Part shown: one piece after another, positions 37,655-49,558 of the stretch
How the letters are laid out: each line of letters opens with the position of its first letter
Numbering within the stretch: the first letter of the stretch is position 1
Origin: Bispira polyomma
Taxonomy: Eukaryota
Assembly (NCBI GenBank): GCA_965649765.1
Contig: OZ287758.1
Span: forward strand, 31,930,001 to 31,994,000
DNA: 64,000 bases
Direction of reading: 5' to 3'
Translations under genes and position numbers: made by a program
The notes under the pieces: generated by a model
What the model was told of the DNA's origin: nothing
The model's input: only the letters and a program-made list of their open reading frames with translations
The model's database searches: none

Positions 37655-38615
37655 GATATATTACTTGCATCCCTTAACGTGTCTCCCAGCTGTTTTAACA
37701 TGGCCCTTGAAATTGCATTATTTTTTACTTCCAAAATGTTCTGAATTTGTCCTGACGTGAATTGGGCAATACTAAGTTCATCATAAGCTATTTTTTTTTT
37801 ACTAATACCTGTCAAACACCCCTCATTCGGCCAACGAAAAATTGGGTCGGCTGTACATATGTCTGCTGTATTAAATCTACCAGATTTTCTTTTCATGAGG
37901 GACTTACCCTGGAGGAGTTCGCTTGCTGGTAGTTGTTCATATTGCTGTAGTCGTGCACTCACTTCATTCTGTAGTAATGCCGAATGACGAAGTACATCAG
38001 CTGATGGTACAATGTCCTGTCCTTCTAACGCAGCTGGAAGATTGTATCGCCCCTGTGTCTGCGAAATTCCTCCTGGTTGTATCGGCATTATCTCGGCTTC
38101 CACTGTTGGCTGTGGTAACGAGAATTCGGATAAACGCAGTTGTGACCCTGTGGTAGGTCTCGTTTGCTGTAACCCTCCCTGTGGTGGTTGCCACTCGTGT
38201 AAAACTGGTTGTAATACTGTAGCCAGTCTTGTTTTCTGTGTATGAGCGGACGTGCTTGGTAAAGCATATGAAGTGGTATTAGGTACACTAGCAACTGAGG
38301 AAACTGTTACCTTTTCTCTTTTTTTTTTAACCCGTCCACGTCTTGTTGTAATCTGTTGAACGACTTCAGCATGGTTTCCATCATTCCCTGCTGTCGTAAA
38401 CACGTTTCTTTGATTTCGTCAGACGAAGATTTACCTTCTGGCGACTTCGATACTGAAGCACCGACGTCCTCTTCATATTCATCACTCACATAACTAGTAT
38501 CCAGTATTACTTCTCGAGTACATCGAGCCCCCACTGGACTTGTGTGTCGTATTTTACACCTTGAACACGAGACTGCCTGTAGTAGTCGTGAAGTTTTCTT
38601 TATTGCTTTTCCCAT
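37651..38615 (-). pseudogene. gag-like ORF of the YR element
   Basis: N-terminal CSRCKIRHTSPVGARC finger; IAYDELSIAQFTSG segment; position 5' of RT. Confidence 0.7.
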
Positions 38616-39312
38616 TATAAATACCCTCCAATAGTATGACACACACACATATAAACTAAAAACAATAACTAAAAACGTAAAATGTCGTCTTCATATATAA
38701 AATCATATAAAATATATTTTTTCTTTCCAAAATCCAATATGGCGCCTAAAATTTTTAATTTTTCCTTGTTTCTACTTTGGCTACCAAAGTAAATGTAAAT
38801 GCCATATCAGACCCCAGCTACTGCCCTTAGCCTATTTCACCCTAACGACCACACATAAATATACTGTCGTTAGTCGCTAAACTACAGGGGTTTACTGTAG
38901 AACCCTGAGGTGCCATGCCACTAATGTGTGCAGTGACAATCACACTTTGAAGATAAATACACACAAAACAAAAGGTTATAATGTCAAATATATACCAACA
39001 CACATCAATATGCCAAAAAGTGTCTTTTTAAAATATTTATTGTAAAATTACAACATCTATTAATACACACATTTGATATAACATGACAATAATTTGAAAT
39101 ACACTGTTGTAGACATTGCTGCTGATTTATAGCTTATATTTCAACATACATAGTGCACATATAATATAGTAGTACATATAAAATTATGTAATAATAATAC
39201 AATTATTATAATGCAACATATAAAATACATGTAAAACATTTATGTATCCCCTTTTTTAGTGCCGAACCAACTATACTCGTAAACACTTGAACTTATTTAG
39301 TGTTTCTGCTGT

Positions 39313-39609
39313 CTACTTACTGGGATCCTCCAGGACTCCATCTCTCAGCACGCTGAGAAGCATATCTAATTTGCGTTTAATCACCTCTAGGTAGTTGCAA
39401 AAACACTTGCGTTCGAGGTAGACCTCTACTGACACCAGCCTACCTGGGCACCTACGGTAGTGGCTGGGGCTCCTTGGAGTGCTCTGCAGGACAGTCCTGC
39501 ACCAAAGGCAGGTCAAATCCTCCAGTACTGGGTTTCCTAACCTGGCTGGCACAGTGAATTGGACCCTACAGTTGTGCGTCCCAACGGTGAAACATCTGGG
39601 GCATTCCAT
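39313..39609 (-). CDS. Accessory orfE, element 4
   Basis: Open 98-aa homolog of 19638-19928; ATG directly after ttttgtag. Confidence 0.7.
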   Translation of the reverse strand: MECPRCFTVGTHNCRVQFTVPARLGNPVLEDLTCLWCRTVLQSTPRSPSHYRRCPGRLVSVEVYLERKCFCNYLEVIKRKLDMLLSVLRDGVLEDPSK

Positions 39610-39625
39610 CTACAAAACACATCAC

Positions 39626-39930
39626 TCATCTGGTCAACTGATGCATCTTTAAGTATTCATGAAGAACTTTCTGGATTGTTGCAGCAGAATACTGACAGCT
39701 TGTAAATACCAGAACACCACTGCGGCAGAAAGTCGGTGACATGTCCATAAGTATCTTGTCATAGAGCTTGCCTCTCATGAAAGCTCTACAACTTTTTATT
39801 CCAAAGGAACCTGGCCTAGCCAGCCCATAAGGGTCAAACACTCCACTTTTGTTGTAGATGGCCACTAGCTTTGGTTCTTCACTTGAAGCCACAGGGCTGT
39901 GTTGTGGTAGTCTTCCTATCGCCGAGGTGG
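39626..39930 (-). pseudogene. Accessory orfD, element 4 (N-terminus deleted)
   Basis: Close homolog of the 19949-20401 C-terminus. Confidence 0.72.
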
Positions 39931-39939
39931 GCTGATGTC

Positions 39940-40155
39940 AAGTACATCTAGCAGGTCTTTCAAAAAACCAGCAAAGTTTGAACCTGCACGTAAATAGGCA
40001 GAAACTAAAGTTAGGTCTCCTAGGCAATCTCCTGTTACTACTTCAAGGCGATAAGCTTCCTCGGTATCGGACAGGTATGCAGGACACAGACTTCAGAGTT
40101 GTGTTGAGAAATTCTTTCTGAAGCCTATTAAGCTGATGATTGTTTTTTACGCCAT
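39940..40155 (-). pseudogene. Accessory orfC, element 4
   Basis: Nucleotide homolog of ~20550-20771; acceptor at 40158. Confidence 0.72.
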
Positions 40156-41094
40156 ATCTATGTAAAAATAATTACAATGTCAGTAGTCATATGGTTGTCT
40201 TTGTGTTTGTAAAGCTTTCTCAAAAGAGTGTTATTAATTATCAGCAAGGAGAATAATTATATAACTATATGGCAGAGAACCCATTAATAATATAATACAA
40301 CATACACCTGCTTATAATTCACTAATCTGTCTACTACATTTACCAGTAAGTAGTTTAAAACTCTTAGTTTTGAACCCTTTACTTTTATATTTTTAATTTT
40401 TACACCTCCGTGAGGTGTGGTATCACTGTTAGTCATCAACACTTAACAGAATTTATAGTCAGTTAAATGTAAATATCAATCCTCCGTTAAATTTAAATGT
40501 CACTCCTCAGAAAACCTGGCATGATGAATGAAACCCTACAGATGTGCTTCCCGACAGCAATACATCTGGGGCATTTCATGTCTGCAGCTGATTTTTCTGA
40601 ATTGACTGCAATAAGTTAAGGAGCCTTTGGCATCTTCTCAGAATAAATTTATGCAGTGCATGAGGGGTTTACAATATTAAGATACTTACTGCAAATATCA
40701 ATCCTCCATTAAATGTTAATGTCACTCATCAGAAAACTTATCTGGCATGATGAAGGAAACCCTGCAGATGTGCTTTCCGACAGCAATACATCTAGGACAT
40801 TTCATGTCTGCAGCTGATTTTGCTGAAGTTACTGCACAGAAGAAATATATTTGGCTGTTTTACAATATCAAGATACTCGTACCTTTATGGCTTAATACAT
40901 ACACCCCTTTAATAAGGAAAACAAATATTATCTCACTGTTGCCTATTAATTTGAGAATTTTTTATCTCTTGAATCCGTATTTATTGGATTGTTTTAAACT
41001 CTGCAATAACCTTTTTTGCCTCAGTAAATATATATTTCGACTTTGCAAAATTTCTGTAATTCCTAGGAGTTTGGAGATATTCATCCTTCATCCT

Positions 41095-44000
41095 CAAGAA
41101 TGACATTGTATCAAGCTACACTGCTGGTAGCTGTTCATTACTTTCTGTTTGTCAAAATATAGTCATATAAACTCCCTCCTCAGTTGTCATGATGTCACAT
41201 TTCTTCGTTTTGTGTCATAAGATAAATCGAAATGGATAATTCAGGTTTGTTTCATTGGAATGATAATTATCCAAGGTTTGCTTTGTCGATTGTTTTATTC
41301 CAATTGGATGTTTGTCACCTTACCACAACATATTTGTGAATACAGTCTGTTATGTTCCAAAAATAATTCAAGTATGAAGTGGAAATTGCTACTTTCATAA
41401 TATACTTTGTGTGTATATTACAAGTCCAAGTGTTTCCAAGTTTCCGAGCTGACTACCTATATTTGACAATATATCTCAATGTCCAGTTGTTCAAAGTGTG
41501 AGCATAAAACAGAAAATTACTTATTGCCGCATACTTATACACAACTTACGCACAAGTATAATTAAATCTTTAGTACTGAAATAGTGAGTCTTTTAAGACT
41601 GTATTTTAACAACATTATTATCTGTACTACTTCAGTGCAAACGTTAGAAAAAGGTTGGTGTGTCCAGTATGGGGGTGACACATTTTATTGACAGGTGTCC
41701 AAGTAAAACTAGTCCTCCAGAGTGATGACAATCTTTATTTGAAATACAGAGATTTTCCTAATTAGATCTTTATTCAACCATCAATTAGTACTCCATCTAC
41801 ATCCTTGTAGTTCAGACCCCAACCCGTCCCAATATAACCTAAACAGGTACTAGAGTGGACGTTAAATATCCAAATTAGAAAAAAAAGAAAAAAATTCAGA
41901 CTCCAACAGGATGGAGCTTCTTTTATAGAAAATTGTTTGTTATACTTGTTTATATTATAATAATTAATATGGTCAGTTGATGGGTTTACTAGAGAAATTT
42001 TCTGTGTGCATACGATTAACATTCTGTTCCTCGGGAAAAAAGCAAAGTATTACAAGGGATTTCTTTAAATTCTCTTTGTGACAGAAGCGTTCATTAGTAT
42101 TCTTTGTTGCTAAAATTATTCCAGAATGATATCAAAACCATTTTGATCATACATAATAAAGTAAACATAACTTAGGGATGCACATTAACAATGTAAGCTT
42201 GTTTCTGTCTTTATTTATATATAATGAGGAAAATATAAATTTGGGGTGTTCATTAACAATGTAAGGCTGCTTCTGTCAAAGCAGAGAATCCTGTGCCATT
42301 TCGACCAATGCTTTTAAATACTTATCTTAACTTCATTTTAGACTTTACTTTTGTAGTGAATGTTATTAGTATAATTAAGTCTACAAATGACTTTTGATAA
42401 TTGATACTTATTTGGAATTTGGCCTGCGGCACACTTCTACAAACAGGCACAAACAGTAGAACACTGGCAAGTGGAATTGTTAAGTGGGTAATATTCTATA
42501 GAGTCACACAATAATGTAATGTAGGTTATTTTTTTTTTCCTTTTACATGATTCTTTTCACTGGTAGTTTTTTAAAAAGTACATCAAATTTCCTACAAATC
42601 TGGGCAGGTCAGCCGAGTTGATAGTAACACCGCTTCTGGTGGGAAAATATTTCCCACCGGCCTCAGACCACTTTCTGATGTTCATAAAAGGCATCCTAGT
42701 ATTCAATGAGACGCATACCTTGTTTCCCAGATTTGTAAGATAATTAACTTTGTTGTCCTCCTCAATGAGATCAAGGAGGGTGATCACTTCATTTGTGTCG
42801 GCCAAGAAATCCCTTCTCATTTTTGCTTGCAGTTTAAGTTTTCCTTACAAGGATTGACACCGCAGTCCCCCATTTTTATTCTCATTGACAACATCCACTG
42901 GCGTCTTCCTCAATGGTGTTGTGTCTAATGTTTATGATGAAACACCACTTTTCACATCATTTCTTGTTGGTTTAGTCATAATGCACTAATTTGAAATGAT
43001 AATAGAGTGCATTATTTGCAAACATTGTGATTATTGATTAATATTGAAAATTATACAGTGTCACAGTCTGGGTAAAACAAAATGTACTCACTCTATAGAG
43101 CTCGGTATTTGTAGACTTGTGGAGTTATATTTGGCGCAGATGACGATGATTGATCAGATTATGACGTCGCAGCCTGTTATTCCTTAGCCTTAATTTCATG
43201 ACCAGTTCATCATGCAGTGCCAATTTCATGTAGTGCCATGTTTGGGGTTACCTGTAGTTGCCTAAAAGTAGCTGTTATACTTATTGTAACACTATCTCTA
43301 ACATAGATATTCATCCGTATCACACTAAATAGTGTTTTGTAAAGTTATCTGTTAAAACAACACAGCTGCACTCCCTTTTTGGAATTCTGAAATTCCTGGG
43401 ATTCGGGAGATATGCATCCTCACAAGGACATTGTATCCAGGTACACTGCTGAAAGCTGTTCATTACTTTCTGTTTGTCAAAATATAGTTTCATAATCACC
43501 CTCCTTAGTTGTCATAATGTCACATTTCTTCTTTCTGTGTCATCAGATAAATTGATATGGATAATTCCATGGTTTGTTTCATCAGAATGATAATTATCCA
43601 AGCTTTGCTTTAGCGATTGTTTTATTCTAAGTGGATGTTTGTCGCGTAACCACAAGTGATATATTAGTGAATACACTCTGTTATGCGCCATAAATAATTC
43701 AAGTATGAAATGAAAATTGCTATTTTCAGACTATGCTTTGTGGACTAACTATATGACAAGTCCAAGTGTTTCTATGTTTCTAATCAGGACACCTATTTGA
43801 CCATATATCTCGATGTCCAGTTGGTAAAGTGTAAGCATAAAACAGAAGAATACTAATTGCCGCAGACTGATACACGATTTACACACAAGAACAATATAAT
43901 TGTTAGCACTAAAATAGCACTCCCACAATTTAATTCTCATTAAAAAGCGTCCACTGCCGTCTTTCTCAAAGGTGTTGTGTCTGAAGGAAAAAAAAGAAAG

Positions 44001-44460
44001 ACTTAGTTACTGAATATTTGACATATATGTTTCATACGCAATATGACTTATTATCCAATCAAGTTGAGAGAATGCATGTGAACAAAAAAATAAACTTAGG
44101 GTAAAAATTAGTATATTCAAGTATACAGTTTTATATAATGTTTATGATGAAACACCACTTTTCACATCATTTCTTGTTAATTTAGTCATAATGCAATAAT
44201 TTAAAATGACAATAAAGTGCAATATTTGCAAACATTGTGAATATTATTTAATATTAAAATTTATACAGTGTCACAGTCTGGGTAAAACAAAATGAACTCA
44301 CTCTATAGAACTCGGTATTTGTAGACCTGCTACAACTTGTGGCGTTATGTATGGCTCAGATGGCGATGATTGACCAGATTATGCCACTACAGCCTGTTAT
44401 TCCTTAGCCATAATTTCCATGATCAGTTCATCATGCAGTGCCAAATTCATGTTGTGCTCA
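41095..44460. repeat. Diverged local duplications
   Basis: ~41095-41590 resembles ~43420-43920; ~42925-43240 resembles ~44135-44455; also 40465-40690 resembles 40690-40880. Confidence 0.75.
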
Positions 44461-44543
44461 TCCCTGTCAGAGCATATTTTCTTGATTACATCATTTGAAC
44501 TTGTGACGTTGATCTTCTCCATGGTTTCCTTTGCAGTTGGCAT
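42557..44543 (-). pseudogene. Spliced PC4/Sub1-like gene, degenerate and partly duplicated
   Basis: LGNKVCVSL...MNIRKW...FPTRSGVTI (42557-42820); upstream exon remnants with a gtgagt donor (~44300) and ccttcag acceptor (~43981). Confidence 0.6.
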
Positions 44544-44917
44544 TCTGATTTTAGAATAAACAAACTGAAATTATTTGAATGAATTATTTAATCAAAATAG
44601 AACTTCACTTCAGAGGTGTAAAAGATATTTTTATCTGTTTTTAGTGACTTATTTTATCAAAGCAGACCTATATAGGTACATTAAATTGTAGAAATGTTTT
44701 AGTTAGATTGCATAGATAAGTAATCCACTTCCACTTGAGTAGTAGACCGGTATCGCTGGTAGACACCCTGGTTGGCTACGATAGACCCCGCGCTTTGCTT
44801 AATAGACCCCACGCTTTGGTATGATAGACCCCGCGCTTTGCTCAGACAGGAGTTAAAGCTGTCAATTATTTATGGTAAACCCAACGCTCTGCTCCAACGC
44901 TCTGCTCGGGTAGTGTT

Positions 44918-45096
44918 GAAGTCGGGAAGTCACACAAAGGTAAGTCTGCCATAAGTCAAGAAGTCAAGAATTATGCTAAACATTTTACCCTAAATCAAGA
45001 AGTCAAGAAGTCACTGTGAACGCTTTAAATCTTGTTTTATTAAACCACACGCTTTGCTCAGTAAGTGGTAAACCCAAAGCTCTACTCGATATCTCT

Positions 45097-45131
<35 letters not shown>

Positions 45132-45226
45132 TCAAGAGTCATTGAAGGGTTTACTGTATGCTTACCCAAGAAGTTAAGAAGTTAGTGTAAATGTTTTAAA
45201 CCATTTAAAGGTTTTGCCTTCCCACA
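44918..45226 (+). repeat. ~290-bp direct repeat, copy 1 (AAGTCAAGAAGTCA-rich)
   Basis: Near-identical to 50326-50614 apart from a poly(T) expansion. Confidence 0.9.
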
Positions 45227-46184
45227 GTAGTTTTGTTAGTGTATGTTTAGTTGACTCTACTGTAACACAGCAGTTAGCAGGTTTTCAGTGTAAACACTCC
45301 CCCTCCCCAAAACCCAGTGAAACACACACAACTCATTTTAAGTGGGAAGTTCTGTGTACAAAGAGTGCATCTCTTTAATTGATTGTTATATTTACCTTAC
45401 TTTTATCCACACTTTTAGAAAAAAAATAACCTATTAAAAGCTTGAAATGTTAACTTTTCATTTATGTAACATTTAAAGAATATAATAATTGTTCTCTTGT
45501 TTAAAACTAGCACATTCCATTCCATGTACTTACTACAATAAACTGCTGAATGAAATGAACTTCTGTTTAAAACAGCTCATTTATATCAAACAATTTCAGT
45601 ATGAATTGGGTTTTTTATTTTCTTAAAAATTATATGTTTATAATGTACTACCTTTCCTGATTCAAATAATATACCTGAAAAATACTTTCCATTTTTTTTA
45701 ATTAGAAAAAAAATGGCAATACAAAGTACTCACATTTAACATCAGTGTTGGCTCAAAATATCCTGAACACGTGCATATGTGAAGTACACAAGGCTTTATA
45801 TCACAGAAAGCTGAGTGTAAACATATATCCTTATGCCTCTGTATAAACAAAACTCTACCAGTGAAGGAATAGGTGTTGTGTTTTCTGTTACAGTCTTCAT
45901 TACTGAGACAATTAGATTGTCAATATATTTTATATTTTAAATGAATACTTTTTTATAAATAAACTCTGAAACTTGAAGGAGACAGGAATGTTATGAAGAA
46001 AAATATATACAGTTTCCACTAACACATTTTCTTGCAGCACAGTTCTTTCTGTTATTGATAAATCTATGTAATAACATATATTAGACTGATCTACATTATA
46101 TTATCACTGATCCACTTAAAATTAGTGTAAAATGCCAATTAACTTTAATTCCATTCATTGTTACACAAAGGCAAGTCTATCGAC

Positions 46185-49100
46185 CTATAGTTTGTGTTTT
46201 TTGAATTTAGGTTTAACAACTTTTTGCTGAACAAGAGGATGGTTTATTGTGTGATGTTCCCGCATAACATACAGCAGTCTTTTTTCCAAATTGGGAACAT
46301 GGGACATGGTAAGCTCAAGTTTATTGAATTCCCGATGTATGGATTCTCCTCCTTGTTCTCGATGAAGAGCCATACCAAATTTATATTTATGCATCAATTG
46401 AACAATGTGGTCTTCTAAAAAATGCATCTTGGGTATCACACAGTTTGGAAAATGTTCTCTGTAAAATGACATGTATTTCTGAATGGCATCACTTGCTTTC
46501 TCAAGATTATTTTGAGTAACTGACCTCATATGGCCAATTTCATCATGCACAACAGAAAACAAAGTATTCAGTTTTTGAAATTTCATTGCTATGCTTGCAA
46601 CATTTTCATTGAGCTCAATATTTCTGGACAGTTCACACACTTTTTCTTGTAAGCTTGCAAGGGCAATGAAGTGGCAGACAAGCTTGCCAAACAAGCATTG
46701 AATTTTAACATTTTAGACTTGAAAGTCCCCTATACAGACTTCAAAGTTAATGTAAATAGTGTTTTTAAACAAAAGTGGCAAGCCCAATGGAATGCGTGTC
46801 CTGATAACAAACTATTTCAAATAAACCCTACAGTTGGAGATTTTAATTTTTGGACGGGTTTATCTCGTAGGGAAGAAATAGTTATTACTCGAGCCCGTAT
46901 AGGACACCTATTTTACACATAGTTATCTGTTGAAAGGTGAGGATAAGCCCTGGTGCATTCCATGTCATTGTCCCGATACAGTGAGGCATATATTATTAGA
47001 CTGTATCGACCTACATGACATTCAAAAAAAGTTTATTAATGTTAATAATATGAAAGATTTATTAAATAGCAATGTAAATAGTATTTTTAATTATTTAAAG
47101 GAAATAGGTTTGTTTTATAAGTTTTAAGATATAGTTAAATAATTTATTCTGTTAATAAGAGTTAATTTATTGTGTTGTCTGTGATATCTTTGTTTTTTAT
47201 AGTCTAGTCTTGTTTGTAGTATTGTTATATTTATATTTTGTATTTATTTGTTATATTTTATATTTTTGGCATCTTATTCTCTAATCTAGTCATTGTTTCG
47301 TTTGTTTAATGTTAATGTTGTTTGTATATATTTAGTTAATGTATTTATTAATTTTAATAGTGTAGTATAACACTAAGGTGTTTTTGCACTAAAATTTTAA
47401 CTTAAATTAAATCTTGTAAGCTTGCACATGTCATCTTGTACACCTTGTTTAATGTATTTGGAGCAATGGTTGCCAACAAAGCTGCGAGAGTGATAAGCCT
47501 GTTGTACAATATGGTGTCTCTTCAAAACTTGCTGTACTTCAGCAACTAATGGTCCGCTAAATACACTCAGTGTGGGAATTGGTTTTTCCAGTTTGCGCTG
47601 TAAATTCTTGATTCTGGAGTCCAACTCTGCAGCTTCCGTTTTGGTCAGTGTAGCATTTTCACTACTGCTGTCACCTTGTGTAGGAGAGATGTATCGAAGT
47701 TCATTTTGAAGCTTGCGGCGGTTCCATACATTTTGAATAAAGACATGAAACACTGTATTGTCAAGCTTTGCCTTTGACAGTTGTATTTCACTAGCAATTT
47801 CTAAATCTACTTCATGTAGATCCTTTTCAAGGAGATCATGATGCTTTTTGACAACTCCAAGTAATATGTGCAGATAAGGTGGACGCACATGACTTATCTT
47901 TATATCCCATAATGGATCATGAATAACTTTCTGATACTGGGAGGCCAGCTTTGTTTGGCCTTTTCCCTTTTTGATGAAATTATCATGATCCATTTTAAGT
48001 GTGGAGAGTGTTCTCTTTGCAGAATGACCTCTGTGGTGTAATGATGTCTGCATGGCATCAGTTTTGACTGAGCACCATAAACAAAAATATGTCCCCCTTG
48101 CACCCGACAATCCATACATAGCAGAAAGAAATGCATAGTCTCCAAACAAAAACACCCTGATCTTCTTTCTCTTCCAATGTCCTTTCTGTAATTTCTGGAT
48201 TTCATTCTTGTATATTTCGGTTAATTTTGTAAGATTTTCATGCAGATCTTTGGCTGGCATACAAGCAATCGCCATAGTATTTTGTTTTGCATTTGGCTTT
48301 TCTAAATTGCAAACTTGAAGACATAATTTAAATGATTTCCCACCATGATCACCACCGAGTTTTACCCAGATTTCATTTTCAGGCATTCCTTCCTTCCAGA
48401 CCAACATATTTGCCTTTTTATAGTTGTGCAACAACTCCTTTACAAAATCTGTCAAATCTTTTATGTACACGACAGGGACCTGTACTTCTCTAAAACCATC
48501 TTTGCTTTTGCATGCTACATCATCTCTTTCTTTGGCCTTGATCATCGTGGTGGATAGGTGATCAGAAAGCAGAAATTTTCTTTCAGCTCTTAATGTTTTT
48601 TCACTCTCACACTTAATACCAAGAGTTTGAGACAAAAAACGTGTCTGCATTCGATGTTGTGCCCAGGATAATCGTAGTGAAGTCTTCATGGCTAGTGCAA
48701 CTCTTTTTGAAAGAAAACTTTTTTGTTTTACTCCCGCACCTGCACATATGTCTACACGAGATTTGTTAGACACAAGTTTTAGCTCTGACGTTTGTTGCTT
48801 TTGATGAGAAGTAATACCTGGCCCAGCCACAATAGCACGAAATTTGGAAATCTGTTTTGCCCTTCTTCTTTTTAATGGTGATTTTGCCATATCAGATGAC
48901 TTTCTGGGTTTTACAAGTCTTTTTAGCAGAATTGGTTGGCCTCCAGTTTTGCAAGCTATTGTGGTTTTCTGAACAGAAGTAATGATCAGACATAGTTCTG
49001 ACAGAACACACAGAGTATATATCCTGGCATATTTGGCATGTGAAAGTTTTACTTTGAGATAATGACATATTCTGGATTTCAATATCCATCTTTTCAGAAT

Positions 49101-49558
49101 GATTTCTTTCTCCAAAAAGTATGCTAAAAATGTTTTCATCTGGTTTTTGTGCATTTTTTGGTCTGCCTTGCTTCTTAATGCAGACAGATCTGCCTTTTTT
49201 CTTTTGTGAATTGTATGAATTACATACGAAACAGTTATATCTTTTATGTGATGACCACATTTTATTCACACTATTTGCCTTTTCTTTTTCTCCTAAAAGC
49301 CTTTCTTTGTTCATATTTGAATCATCTGACAATACCTTGGCTTTTTTCATTTTGTTATAACAAGGACAACATATAATTTTAGGGTAAATATCATTATCAC
49401 TACAAATATCCAATCCAAAAAATATATATATTTCATCTTTCACATTTTGACAAACTCTTTGTGGAGTTTTTTTCCGTATTTGTTGATCAGTCAGTGCTCT
49501 TTTTTCCACATATTCTACACATATTTAATAAACACTGTTTGTGGTAATCAAAAGACAT
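46185..49558 (-). pseudogene. Chapaev-type (RAG1/Transib-related) DDE transposase with N-terminal Zn domain and partial RING
   Basis: CRICG...YPKIICCPC...WSSH..NCFVC; CQIC..HYFC; GGDHGG, GDY, CLWC, LHILLG, FVGNH, PKMH, EQGGESIH. Confidence 0.85.
46660..47411 (+). mobile_element. 5'-truncated I-group LINE (RNase H end plus CCHC) with 15-bp TSD
   Basis: GNEVADKLAK, TRARIGH, CIPC...TVRHILLDC; TSD TCTTGTAAGCTTGCA at 46645-46659 and 47412-47426. Confidence 0.9.

Larger units (their letters stand above)
34316..38944 (-). mobile_element. DIRS-order (Ngaro/PAT-like) tyrosine-recombinase retrotransposon, degenerate
   Basis: gag-like, RT/RNase H and YR in order; host sequence resumes with no TSD. Confidence 0.9.
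32030..40160 (-). mobile_element. Element 4: 3' part (orfC-D-E, 3' UTR, LTR) of an element-2-like copy, with two nested insertions
   Basis: LTR 32030-33935 resembles 18031-18538; 33936-34315 plus 38945-40160 are colinear with 18539-20775. Confidence 0.85.

Noticed and set aside
41095-42100. Coding-looking degenerate minus-strand sequence
   Set aside because: No sustained reading frame or recognisable motif; left unannotated apart from the duplication.
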